Part shown: positions 13,584-25,752 of the stretch, one piece after another
Layout: every line of letters begins with the position of its first letter
Numbering within the stretch: position 1 is the stretch's first letter
Origin: Octopus vulgaris
Lineage: Eukaryota
Assembly (NCBI GenBank): GCA_951406725.2
Contig: OX597829.1
Span: 28,086,001 to 28,150,000, forward strand
Length of the DNA: 64,000 nt
Reading direction: 5' to 3'
Program-made: the position numbers and the translations under genes
Notes under the pieces: model-generated
Told to the model about the DNA's origin: nothing
Database searches by the model: none
What the model saw: the letters and a program-made list of their open reading frames with translations, nothing else

Positions 13584-13998
13584 GTGAGTAGACTTTAACA
13601 TTTAACTACTGTAAATCAGAGGATGAATGTTTCCAGCCTTAAATAGACATAAAATATTTAGGAGTATTCATTAAATCTTTTTATTAGTGATATTTTTTAA
13701 AGTGTTTTATTTGAACACCTCTTTATTGCTGGGTATACAAAGAGGTGCTGAAAAACTCCTGAAAATACTTGCACATTGTGTTGATACTTCACACCACAAG
13801 ATTTACTTCACCTATGTATTTTGTTTTAATAAAAGTTTATATTATTTGGAGGAGATACATGAAGATTCTACCCCCATGACCCTACCATGAATTAAGGGTA
13901 GAGAAAATGGATGGATGGTTTTATTGTAGATATTTTCCATCAATTGTCTTAATATTTTACTTATTTTTCGTATATTTTTCATATATATTTTACATGCA

Positions 13999-14352
13999 TG
14001 GTAAGTAGCTTGCTTACCAACCACATGGTTCTGGGTTCAGTCCCACTGCATGGCACCTTGACCACAGAGGTCGGTGACTACCACTGCAAAAACAAACAAA
14101 AAAGTATATATATATAATATTATATTATATATATGTGTGTATGTATATTTGTGTGTTTGTGTTTGTCCCCCCAACTCACTTGACAACCGATGCTGGTGTG
14201 TTTATGCCCCTGTAACTTAGCAGTTTGGTAAAAGAAACCGATAGAATAAATACTAGACATACAAAGAATAAATCCTAGGGTCACTTTGCTCAACTAAAGG
14301 TGGTTCTCCAGCATGGCTGCTGCAGATGACTGAAACAAGTAAAAGAATAAAA
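13999..14352 (+). mobile_element. SINE family A with its middle replaced by an antisense splice-site copy
   Basis: Head to ggcaccttg (about 14060), foreign segment to 14104, then the SINE body resumes. Confidence 0.85.
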
Positions 14353-16042
14353 GAAAAAAAGAATATTTTGTGAAGTTTTTCTGTATTTACATTTGTTGCA
14401 ATGAATGTCTTTCAGTTTAAATTCAGGTCAGGCCAGAATGAACAATTCTGTATTTTTATTGAAGATGTAGGGCAACATTATTTAATGTGTCCTTCATTTT
14501 TAAAATGTTAGAGCATAGTGTGAGGGAGATTTGGCTGTTATTTCTATCAAATTGAACAATCACACAGACTACCTCATCGGCTCATTTGCTGATGTGTACA
14601 AGTAAGCAAAAAGCAAAGGAAATGGATCTCCATCTGTTTCTAGGATTATCAGTCCAGTTGTATAATCAACTGGACTGTTTACACATTCAACTGGTACTTT
14701 ATTTTATCAACCCTCAAAGGATGAAAGGCAAAGTCAACCTAGGTGGAATTTGAACTCAAAATGTAAAGCATTTTACCCAGGTGGTGGACATTAGAGGGTT
14801 GATAAGAAGAGAAGAGGCAAGTGGGATGGAAACGTTGGAGAGGAGGGGAGGTGAGCTCAGCTAGCTGCAAGGAGCAAAGCCATATAGTAGCTGTAGAAAT
14901 GACAGAGAGAGGGGACACTGAATGTCTGGGCATCAGAGGATGGAGCACATCTGTGAGTAGTTAATCTGTCAGGTGACCAAAGCATTAGGAGTAAAATTGG
15001 TTAAATAGAAACTGTCTGGAACCCTGCCAAATGAAGTACAACTAATTTAAAGAGCCAACCTTGTCTCACACCAAATATGCAGCTAATAAGTAAAAGAGAA
15101 ATTTTTAAGGAAATTAATTAAGTGCATGGATTTAAGTGAAATTTTTGAAGTTACTTTTGTCAGTAAATAAGGAACTTAATTTTATCAATAATTCCATCAA
15201 CAACAATAAAAAGAAAACAATAATGTTGTAAAAGTAAATATGGAATTTGTAGGCAAATTTAACAAAGTGTATGGATTGGAGTGAAATTTATGAAGTTAAT
15301 TTTGTAAATTATGCAATTACTCTCATCAGTAATTTATGTAATTTTCATCAGTAAATTATGAAATTACTTTCATCAGTAATTGTGAACTTCTTTCTGTCAG
15401 TAATTTGTTGTTGTTTGAAAACAATAGCGACTGAACTTCAAGTGAAAACAATAGCATCTGAAAAATGAAAGTGAAAACAATAGAGAGTGAGTGAGATATA
15501 GAGAGAGAAGGAGAGAGAGAGGGAGAGCTAACTAGTTAGACAGACAAATAAGATAGATATAGATAGATAAGATATAGACAGATAGATACAGAGAGATAGA
15601 TAGATAGAGAGATAGAGATAGATAGAGAGATATATCGAGATAGATAGAGAGATATATCGAGATAGATAGATAGATAGATTTGTGTGTGAGTGCGATATGT
15701 CTCATGTTTATAAACCAGCAGTAACTTATTGTTTACTGTACTAAAACCAAAATTAATATCAGGTCTAGACATTATAGTGGGACACTTTAGTTGTTTCTTT
15801 TATGTTCAGAAATCCTTTGAAAACACACAAAAACCGTAGTTCCAAAAAATTTAAACATTCCTTTATTTATGTGTAGTTGTTACATCACTGATGCTAGTAA
15901 ACCAGAAGTAAATAATTCAAAAATCTTTCAAAGACGTGAATGTAATATAAAAAGCATGTGTCTGAGGTCAAATTATTTATGCAACACAAGTATGGAAGTA
16001 ATTGGTGAAGCCATTTTCGTGTGAAAAGTGAACACACATCTC

Positions 16043-16102
<60 letters not shown>

Positions 16103-16194
16103 CATGCTCATACACACCCACCCACACATATATATATATAACAGATAAATAAAGAAATGGAGTTAAAAGCAGGTGTTATTCAAATCTTTATACT

Positions 16195-16277
16195 TCCGAC
16201 ATATGTTTCAAAAAAACATTGGTATTATTCCAGAGGTAATAAAATGATGTAAAACAATGCTATCTTTTCATCAGGGA
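16195..16277 (-). ncRNA. Minimal type-I hammerhead ribozyme motif (Penelope-type)
   Basis: Minus strand reads tcc-CTGATGA-aaagatagcattg...caatgttttttt-GAAA-CATATG-TC-gga; flanks homologous to the 32834 copy. Confidence 0.65.
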
Positions 16278-17144
16278 TAAAAAGGGAAACAAAACACATC
16301 AATAAGCCATTTTAACCGAATGTAATGACTGCATATATGATGAAGGGAACACTGGCAAGTTATTTAAAAAGAGATAAAACGCTAATAGATTTAGCATCAA
16401 ATGCAATTAGAGAAAGAGGAGGAGAAAGAAAGAAATTAGCAGAAAATCAAGAGTGGAGAAATGTAGTTCCTATATTCAACCTTTAACTATCTTCTTACAT
16501 TTCATTTCCACTAAATATATATATCTATTTCCACACCTTTAAGCTTTATTCACATTCATCTATCGCACTACATATATATGTGTATAATTATATACATATA
16601 TGCTTATGCATGTATATGTGTATGCGTGTGTGTGTAGAAATGTGTGTATGAGCTTGTAATAATGTGTGTATGGGCATATATTTATACATAACTGTGTGTG
16701 TACATATGTAGTTTCTATGAACACAGAAGGTTTCTATTGTGAGAATGTGGTTGTGTATTTTTTATTTTTTATAGATTATATCTTTTATATTTTTCATGTC
16801 TGTTAGTGTAACTTCCCTTTTATTCAATGTTTTTTTTCATACTGTCCATTGTCAAAAATAGCCAATGAAAATGCCCCAAAGCTTTTAGCTTCTGCATTTG
16901 AAACTCTGAGTTCTATTACGACAACTTACTGATTGTCCTATACTATATATATATATATATATATATATGTATTCCTCTATTTTCATAATATCGAGGTCTC
17001 ATTCTTTTGTTATCATTTAATTATTATTAATGAATATATATATATATATATATATATATCATCAGTAGAACATAAATCTAAAAAAGAAGCACACTCTAAG
17101 TCATAGAGCAGTATATAAATATAAAAAGTTAGAAAAGGCTGGTT

Positions 17145-17211
17145 TATGGGATTATCTTTGGTTTCACGTCCATAAAGCACTTAGCTTTACAGTGTATCAT
17201 CAGATCCCATA
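17145..17211 (-). ncRNA. Type-I hammerhead ribozyme motif, near intact
   Basis: Minus strand reads tatgggat-CTGATGA-(tgtaaagc/gctttatg hairpin)-GAAA-CCAAAGA-TA-atcccata; perfect 8-bp stem I. Confidence 0.7.
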
Positions 17212-17689
17212 TAATATTTCAACTAAAAAGATGTCCAAAAATATTCCATTCCACCAAGTAGGCTTTGTTGCAGTTTTCACCTTAGTTGCTGTGACCTAAC
17301 CATGGAACAAATTTTGGAGTGTTACATGGTAGCAGTAGCACTCACAAGCAACCTGATACTATATACATTTGTAAACACTACTTTCTCCATATCTACTTAC
17401 AGCTCAGCGGATGTGATAAGTTAATTGGAATTAAACGTAATAACACAGAACCATGTTAATGGGAGAATATGGCCCTTTGTAAACCAAATATTCATTAACT
17501 TTTTCGCTAGAGAATGTGTGGAATCAAAATATTGGAATTAACAAATATATCAATATAACCTCACAAAAAAAAAAAAGCTCTACTAAGAGTTGATTCAACC
17601 AGAAGCTCTCAGTTCATCAAGGAAATTAAACAAACAATAGTCTAGGAAAATTTGTTAACATCATTTAATTAACTTTTCTTTTCTTTTAG

Positions 17690-17818
17690 CATGGTGCAGC
17701 TGTATTCTTATATCATCCATGTGCCAATAAAGCTAACATTAGCTATTTTAAAAGAATAGCTTTTGGTTGCTTAAAGAAGATTATTGTGACTCCATCAAGT
17801 AAGGTACCAAAAAGTAGG
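17690..17818 (+). CDS. TP53I13: DUF3105/TP53I13-like gene, exon (HGAAVFLYHPCANKANISYFKRIAFGCLKKIIVTPSSKVPKSR)
   Basis: ttttcttttag| acceptor and |gtaagt donor; 129 nt, phase 0-0. Continues the motif LE|HGA.V.LYHPCA...C....I.TP. Confidence 0.93.
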
Positions 17819-17834
17819 GTAAGTTGTAGCAATT

Positions 17835-17836
17835 AC

Positions 17837-17899
<63 letters not shown>

Positions 17900-17900
17900 C
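17835..17900. repeat. (TTA)n microsatellite just after the exon donor
   Basis: Directly visible. Confidence 0.95.
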
Positions 17901-19184
17901 ATTGCCTCCATACTGTGAAGTCACAGAAATTTGGTGCTTTGTAAGTTGAAAAAGTGTTTGTAATAGTTTCAGTTTTCTAAGGCCCTGTCTTTTCAATTCT
18001 TTAGTTACCATTACATTTCTGAGATTGTCTGGACTGTGCAGATAGTATTTTAGGGGAATCACATCCCCTCCATTTTGCAGGGGGGTGTGCTTCAATGATT
18101 TATGCGTTTAACTGCTTTTGGCAAAAACAAATATCTTGCAATTATCTGTAATTATTTAAAGATGGCTGAAGAAGCCATCATAATGTTTGACAAAGGAATG
18201 CACTCCTTGTCGTGGGATGGGGGGTGGGGGAAATTGAGAACAAGGAAAGAATTGAGAATATGACGTCACTGAGGTGAAAAATGTTTCGTCTCTAAGTAAC
18301 GTCAAAACTTTCAGTGTCGACAACGAGAACAACAACAGCAACAGTAGCAGCAGTGACAGCAACAACAACACCAACAACAATATGAAAGAAATAAAACATA
18401 AAAATGCAAATATCGCCTCTGATTTTTTTGTGTCAGTGGTGGGAAATATGCTCCTGAGAGTGAAGTACAAAAATGCCTTCGGTGCTGGTGGGAACAAAAG
18501 ACCCACGTCACCTAAGGAAAGAAGTTTGAAACCATTGAGGTGAGATTTGGGACAGAAGAAGCCAGATGTAATTCCGCAACCACTTTGAGGAATGACAACT
18601 TTTTCTTACACCCCAGCTATCATGGCCAATGCCTTGCCATAATTAGGGTGCTGAATGTACCACCAGAAATATCCATTACCTGGTTAGTGATGGCTATCTA
18701 AATGATTCTCACCAGCTATAATTTATGCATTCATTATTACTGCTGTTGTGAAGTGTTCTGTTTTTCCTAATCTATAACATTATATAACTCGATTCTCTAA
18801 TGTCTTTTGCTAAATGTTCTCATTCATGATAATAGCTTCCAGCAATTTTACCTTTACACTTTAATAAATATAGAAATATTTGTTTGTTTAATTTCCTAAA
18901 TCATGTCATGATATTTTCTATGGTGACATCTTGTGGTGACATTTAAACACATAGTCCCTCTTTCTCTTTCTCACCCTCCCCCCTCTCTCCAGTATATCTC
19001 TCGCATGTTTAAGGACAAGGAAATATGCTGCCTACAATTTTCCATTTTGGTATCATGTTTTCTATTTCTCTCTTAAACAAGAATGGTAATTTATTATTGG
19101 AAAAAAAAATCAGCTGACAGAAGGAAATTGTTTTGGTGCTGAGACAGAGAAACTGAAGCTTTTCTTTGACTAATCAATGCTTTT

Positions 19185-19480
19185 TTAATATCTAAATTGC
19201 TCCAGCAATACACAAATTGCTCCCACGATATTGAAATTGCTTCGATATCTAAATTGTTTCAATAAAATCAAAATTGTTCCAGCTACATAGAAGTTGTCCT
19301 AACAACATCTAAATTGCTTCAATAATATCAAAATTTGTGCCAGCAACATCTAAACTGTTTCTATAATATCGAAATTGCTCCAACAATGCATAAATTGCTC
19401 CAGTGGTATGTACATTGTTCTAACAATATGCAAGTTGCTCCTGTGATACCTTAATCCAGTAATATCTGAATTGCTTTAAT
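19185..19480. repeat. Degenerate ~21-bp minisatellite (aatatctaaattgctccagc-like)
   Basis: 'aaattgctcc/aaattgttcc' recurs at about 21-nt spacing. Confidence 0.75.
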
Positions 19481-19889
19481 AATATATTGAATGAGCTTTA
19501 GAAAGTATGATGTTAAACTAGAGAAAATGGATATAATGCTTCCATTTCATTCTTGTTTTCCCTCATAAACAGGTAATTAACCCTAATAAATTCATCAGTG
19601 TTTTGTACTTTTCTAGTTACGTTTCTTTTTGTCCTATTTTTTTTCTTTACAAAGCTCATGCATTTCTGTAATAGTGTGTGCTCACAAATCAGCTACTACA
19701 CATAACCATTCTACATTGCATCCAAGAGAGGCCCATTCAACAAATACAAACTACCATTCATCAACTTGTTACAGTCACTGGCCCACTATTATTTTGTATT
19801 CTCCTTTAACCCTTATACCACTTCTTCAACAGCTTTTGCACTTCAGAACCAAAAACAGCTACATAGCATAATTCATAATTCATCTGCCT

Positions 19890-20513
19890 TCATCATCATC
19901 ATCATCATCATCGTCATCGTTTAACATCCGTTTTCCATGCTAGCACGGGTTGGATGGTTTGATGGGGGTCTGGGAAGCCAGGAGGCTGCACTAGGCTCCA
20001 GTCTGATCTGGTAGTGTTTCTACAGCTGGATGCCCTTCCTAACGCCAACCACTCTGTGAGTGTAGTGGGTGCTTTTTACGTGTCACCGGCACAGGTGCCA
20101 GAGGAGGCTGGCAGCAGCCATGATTGGTTGGTGCTTTTTACGTGCCACTGGCACAGAAGCCAGTCAAGGTGACGCTGGCATCGGCCACATTTGGATGGTG
20201 CTTTTTATGTGCCGCCTGCACAGGTATCACAACTACAATTTCCATTTGATATTTATTTTGATGTTGATGTTCTTGACTCAATAGGTCTCCTCAATACAGC
20301 AGGTCACCCTACAATCCAAGGTAAGCACAGCAGGTCATTCTGCAATCTAAGGTACTTTGGATGGGCTGGGGCTATGTGAAACTGGTGCAGGAAGCAGCCA
20401 TGAACTCACATTATTTGTCGGGTCTTTGCAGTCACAGCATATCTCCAGAGATCTCAGTCTTTCGTCATTGCCTCTGTGAGGCCCAACGTTTGAAGGTCAT
20501 GCTTGACTACCAT
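19890..20513 (-). mobile_element. RTE LINE 3' end, second copy, 5' truncated
   Basis: Colinear with 5229-5810. Confidence 0.85.
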
Positions 20514-20631
20514 GTATCAACCACCAGACACATTTTACCCGATCCTTCCTGCCTGGAGGAAATTACCTTCCCTTGTCCTCACCCTATCATGTTCTTCCCA
20601 CAGATCTCAATGTGAAAATGTTGAAATTAAC

Positions 20632-20859
20632 TTAACCCTTTCGTTACCATATTTCTGTTGTAATATACCATGTTTGTTTCAGTTGATTTCGAAGATAATG
20701 AAGAATTTAAATAAAATAACTTTGTCATTATTAAGTTGGTGTCTGGAACATAGATTAACACGAAATTTTGATGGAAGATTTTAAGTTAGATCACTTTAAA
20801 CAGGATATGTATTATAGAATGAGGGGTACTCTCAGGCAAGTAAAATTCAAAAGAATTAA
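20632..20859. mobile_element. piggyBac-type MITE (TTAA-CCCTT terminus)
   Basis: Starts ttaaccctttcg; related inverted copy at about 62532-62761. Confidence 0.55.
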
Positions 20860-20883
20860 CCGATTCTGGCATTTTATTTACAG

Positions 20884-20961
20884 CCATTTGTTGTTGTGGT
20901 ATACAAGAAGAAGTTGCTGATGAATACGGTTCAGGAAGGTGTGATTACAAACTTTCTAGAG
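20884..20961 (+). CDS. TP53I13: DUF3105/TP53I13-like gene, exon (PFVVVVYKKKLLMNTVQEGVITNFLE)
   Basis: tttatttacag| acceptor and |gtaaat donor; 78 nt, phase 0-0. Aligns by eye with the family's 'PLALVAW...L.M..V....V..FI' segment. Confidence 0.82.
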
Positions 20962-21669
20962 GTAAATATGTGTGTATGTACACATGCAAGTATGTTTGTA
21001 CATGTGTGTGTGCATGCATGTGCACATATATATTCTTATTCTTTCCTTTTATTCCTTTACTTGTTTTAGTCATTGGACTGTGGCCATACTGGGGCACCAC
21101 TGCCTTGGAGGATTTAGTCAAGTAAATCAACCCAGTATTTATTCTTTCTAAATCTGGCGCTTATTCTATTGGTCTCTTTAGCCCAACTGTTAAATGATGG
21201 GCTATGTAAACAATCTAACACTGATCATCAAATAGCATAGAGGCAAACACAAAGACACATACATACATGCTCACAAACACATACATACCCACACTCATGC
21301 ATACTTACACATACATACATACATGCGCCAGCATAATTCAATTCGTCCTTAGTCGAAAGACATCTGTTGTTATGTCCTGTTATTATTTTTATTGTATTTT
21401 TTATTGTATTTATATTTGTGTAACATTGTCCGTTTTTTTTCCGTCCTTGTTTTTGTATACATTTGCTGCTTTCTTCCAAGGAATCTAATGCTCTTAGCTT
21501 AGTTTTTCCTTGGGGCTGGCCAGATTGGAGCAATCTCAAGAATAATCAGCCGAAATTGCGAAGATGATCTGGTGCTTGACTGAAGAGGGGGAGCTTCAAA
21601 TGACCCGTCCTTGTTTTCTTTGTATCGTCTATCTGGATGTTTTGTTGTCCCTTTTTGTATCACCTACCT

Positions 21670-21895
21670 GCAAGCTGGCAGAAACGTTAGCACGCCAGGC
21701 GAAATGGTTAGCGGTATTTTGTCTGCCATTATGTTCTGAGTTCAAATTCTGCTGAGATCATCTTTGCCTTTCATCCTTTCGGGGTCGATAAATCAAGTAC
21801 CAGTTATGCACTGGGGTTGATGTAATCAACTTAATCCCTTTGTCCTTGTTTGTTCCCTCTATGTTTAGCCCCCTGTGGGCAATAAAGAGATAAGA
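21670..21895 (+). mobile_element. SINE family B
   Basis: Homology to other B copies. Confidence 0.85.
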
Positions 21896-22599
21896 ATATG
21901 AACTCTCAGGATGTTTATCTATGCACACATGTATGTGTACATATACACATGTATGTATGTATGTATGTATGTATGTATGTATGTATGTATGGATGGATGG
22001 ATGGATGGATGGGTGGATGTATGAATGTATGTATGTATGTATGAACGTATGGATGGATGGATGGATGGAGGAATGTATGTATGTATGTAATGTATGTTGC
22101 CATTCTTTTTCTGTTGTTTCTCCGCTTATCCATTTTGTTAATCTTCAGCATTCTTCTTTCCATGACTCTTTGTGTTCCTCTTAATTTATTTTCAGCACTT
22201 TTATTGACATTCTATGTTTCTGATTTATGCGCAATAGCAGGTGTCATGGATATCATCTGGTAAATAAAAACTCTGAAATGGTCTTATGTGAGACATGCGT
22301 TTAGAAGAAAGAATAATAGATGGAATAGGAAATTGACAGAGTTAACACCATGTTCAGAAAAAAGGAGGGCAAGACCATGCAGAAGTTGGAATGAAGACTT
22401 TGTTAAGTTCTTCAACCCCAAACATGGATGAGGAAAACATCAGGCTATGGTTGGTGGGAAGAACATACTGAGGCATTTGTCCAGCAGTGTACTGAACATA
22501 TGCATGGATGATGATGTATATATCTGTTATTAATAAAAATCCCACAAAATCCATGTGAGATTAAGCCTATTTTTGCTGTTTTTCAAGCTGGTAATGTCA

Positions 22600-22972
22600 A
22601 TGGCCCAGTGGTTAGGGCAGTGGACTCGCGGTCTTAGGATCGCGGTTTTGATTCTCAGACTGGGCGTTGTGTGTGTTTATTGAGCGAAAACACCTAAAGC
22701 TCCATGAGGCTCCAGCAGGGAGTGGATGTGAACCCTGCTGTACTCTTTCAGCACAACTCTCTCTTACTCTTTCTTCCTGTTTCTGTTGTACCTGTATTTC
22801 AAAGGGCCAGCCGTGTCACACTCTGTGTCATGCTGAATCTCCCCGAGAACTACGTTAAGGGTACACATGTCTGTGGAGTGCTCAGCCTCTTGCACGTTAA
22901 TTTCATGAGCAGGCTGTTCCATTGATCGGATCAACTGGAACACTCGTCATCGTAACTGACGGAGTGCCAGCA
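22600..22972 (+). mobile_element. tRNA-derived SINE family C
   Basis: tRNA-like head (tggcccagtggttagggc...); 3' half repeated at about 40495-40630 and 41046-41080. Confidence 0.7.
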
Positions 22973-23129
22973 ATGTCAATATAATGAATTAGAAGTGGAA
23001 GGAAAAAATTATATTGCCAAAACAAATGAATTCTTACTGAAGCCGTCCTAGAAATATAATCCCCTTAGATATATTCAAAATGTCATTAATTGACTGTTTG
23101 ATTATTAAAATATAATGTGTATATGTATG

Positions 23130-23480
23130 TATGAGCTGGCATCAAAAAAGTTCCAGAGTAGTTATGTTTAATAAAAAATAACTTATTTACCTAAGTTTTA
23201 ACATCATCTCCTTCCAAATAGTCACCTTGCACAGCAATATGTCAGTCCCAGCATTCCTGTCACTTTTGGAATCCAGCCTGGAAGTTGTTTTCTATAAAAG
23301 AGTTGCAGACCTTCTGTGATTTGCTCTTTAATTGCAACCTTTGAGCTACATTTTCCTCTTAGGAAGGAGCTGGAAGTCTGCAGGGGCTAAATCTGGCAAA
23401 TGGGGGCAGATGTGGAAGTAATACCATGTTGTTTTTTGTGAGGAACTCATGAGTGGGGAGAGCTTGGTGACAGGTTGCAC
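23130..23480 (-). mobile_element. Mariner transposase 3' remnant
   Basis: PHLPDLAPADF, a decayed YSPDLAPxD motif. Confidence 0.75.
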
Positions 23481-23492
23481 TTTTTGATTATT

Positions 23493-23558
<66 letters not shown>

Positions 23559-23666
23559 TATCATAACCTAGACAAGTCTGCAACATGGCTTATCTTATCA
23601 TCCAATCAACATTATTATCCCCTTTCATTTTTATCTTTCACTACAATGCTTTTATTCCTGTTTCAG

Positions 23667-23792
23667 ACTAATAACTGGTCTGTTGCTCCAGAACATAATG
23701 TGTGGACAGATGGATTTTACTCATTATACTTGCAAAAATCTTCTTATGATAACACCGTGCTTAAAAATAGCTACAAGAACATGTGTTTAGAG
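23667..23792 (+). CDS. TP53I13: DUF3105/TP53I13-like gene, exon (TNNWSVAPEHNVWTDGFYSLYLQKSSYDNTVLKNSYKNMCLE)
   Basis: cctgtttcag| acceptor and |gtatgt donor; 126 nt, phase 0-0. Has the 'PE.....DG.Y...L...C' pattern of the domain C-terminus. Could instead read through to the stop at 23849. Confidence 0.8.
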
Positions 23793-24009
23793 GTATGTAT
23801 AACCCAAGTACTCCAATACAAGCCCTGGGCTATTCAGTTTTATTTGTAAATATCTGGGGAGTCTTTCATTTCAGATTCTGGTATTTTCAGAATTGAATGA
23901 AAGTAGATTTGCCCAATTTGCTTTAGAATATTCTCTAACAAAATGTCATCAAATGTGGTTTGTTTATTTTTAGTAAGTGTACTTTGTAATGTATTTTTTG
24001 TGTTACACA

Positions 24010-24335
24010 GATGCATGGCGCAGTGGTTAGACTATCAGGCTCACAGTCATGAATTAGTGAGTTCGATTCCCAGAATCTGTGTGTTGTGTTCTTGAGCAGG
24101 ACACTTTATTTCATGTTGCTCCACTTCATTCAGCTGTAGAAATGAGTTGTGACGTCATTGGTACCAAGCTGTATCGGACTTTGCATTTCTCTCAGATAGC
24201 ATCAGTGGTGTGGAGAAGAGAGACAGGCATGCATGGACGACCTCTGGTCTTCCATAAACAACCTTGCTCAGACTTTTGCCTCGAAGGGGAACTTTCTAGA
24301 TGTAATCTTCATTGATGACCAAAGTGGGGTTTTAC
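24010..24335 (+). mobile_element. tRNA-derived SINE family D
   Basis: tggcgcagtggttag A box and gagttcgattcc B box; homologous copy at 48760-49100. Confidence 0.8.
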
Positions 24336-24726
24336 CCATTACCCTTTATAGTGAGGGAACATTGCCTTGGTTTGAGTATTGCTCTCATGTTTACAAGAGT
24401 GTGGTTCTGATTTCCACACATTTCATTTCATGTTGCTGATTTCCACATATTTCATTTCATGTTGCTCTGTAATCACTTTGGCATCTGGCTTGTGGCATTC
24501 TCTGCACCTGCACAGACAGTGTTGGTTTGATGGAGTGAGAGAGCTAATGTGCAACACATAAATTTGATCACTACAAACAAGTCATCTGTGCAGGAAATAT
24601 ATGTTAGTGACAGAGACAATGTTAATACTAAGAGGTAATGTTTACTCCCACTTAAACACGGATGCTTTGTTAGAACAAACTTTATTGACGTAGATACCAC
24701 AAGGGAAACTCTCTCATGGTATATAC

Positions 24727-25132
24727 TCTACTCTCTACTCTTTTATTTGTTTCAGTCATTTGACTGTGGCCATGCTGGAGCACCACCTTTAGTTGAGCAA
24801 ATCGACCCCAGGACTTATTCTTTGTAAGCGTAGTACTTATTCTATCGGTCTCTTTTCCTGAACCACTAAGTTACGGAGACGTAAACACACCAGCATCAGT
24901 TGTTAATCGATGTTGGGGAGACAAACACAGACACACAAACATATACACACACACACATACATATACATATATACGACGGGTTTCTTTCAGTTTCCGTCTA
25001 CCAAATCCACTCACAAGGCCTTAGTCGGCCCGAGGCTATAGTAGAAGACACTTGCCCAAGGTGCCATGCAGTGGGACTGAACCAGGAACCATATGGTTTG
25101 TAAGCAAGCTACTTACCACACAGCCACTCCTA
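24727..25132 (-). mobile_element. SINE family A, full length
   Basis: Homology to other A copies; sits in the loop of an older inverted repeat. Confidence 0.9.
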
Positions 25133-25701
25133 CACATACACGTGAGTTTCTCCCATGGTATCTACTGCAGCAAAGTTTGTTCTAACAGAACATCTATGTT
25201 TAAGTAGTAGTAAATATTAGCCATCTGTGTAGGGGTTCAGCAAGAGATTACCGAACCCTTGTCTGTCATCTATGACAGGAGGGACCATAATTTGTGACTG
25301 AATTGTGTGAGTGCAAGACTGGCAGTCTCGTTAAGGAGTTTGCTTCTCAATCATGTAGTTTTGGGTTCAGTTTCACTGTGTAGCACTTCAAGAATCTTCT
25401 ACTACTACAACACCTGGCTGACCAAAGACTTATCAACTTAGTAGATGGAAACAGAAAGAAACTTGTATGTATGTGTTTGTGTGTGTGTTTAGCATTGTGT
25501 TGACATCTATTCATAGTTATAAAATAAGTGACCGTCATTCATTTCCAGTTTCTCATGGAAACATGATATGTCATGGGGAAATATTAACTTGCCTGTCTTA
25601 TGAATATATAAAAGTATATATGTGTATGTGTGTATATTGGGAAATGGGAAATTTGAACAAAGGTGCTTTAATTTACTGGAGATGCCATCTGTTGGTTTTA
25701 C

Positions 25702-25752
<51 letters not shown>

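Noticed and set aside
19185-19480. CRISPR-like array
   Set aside because: Contiguous diverged tandem units with no unique spacers, no cas genes, and a eukaryotic context.
24016-24075. tRNA gene
   Set aside because: Only A/B-box-like SINE heads; no complete cloverleaf, and the sequence continues into a SINE body.
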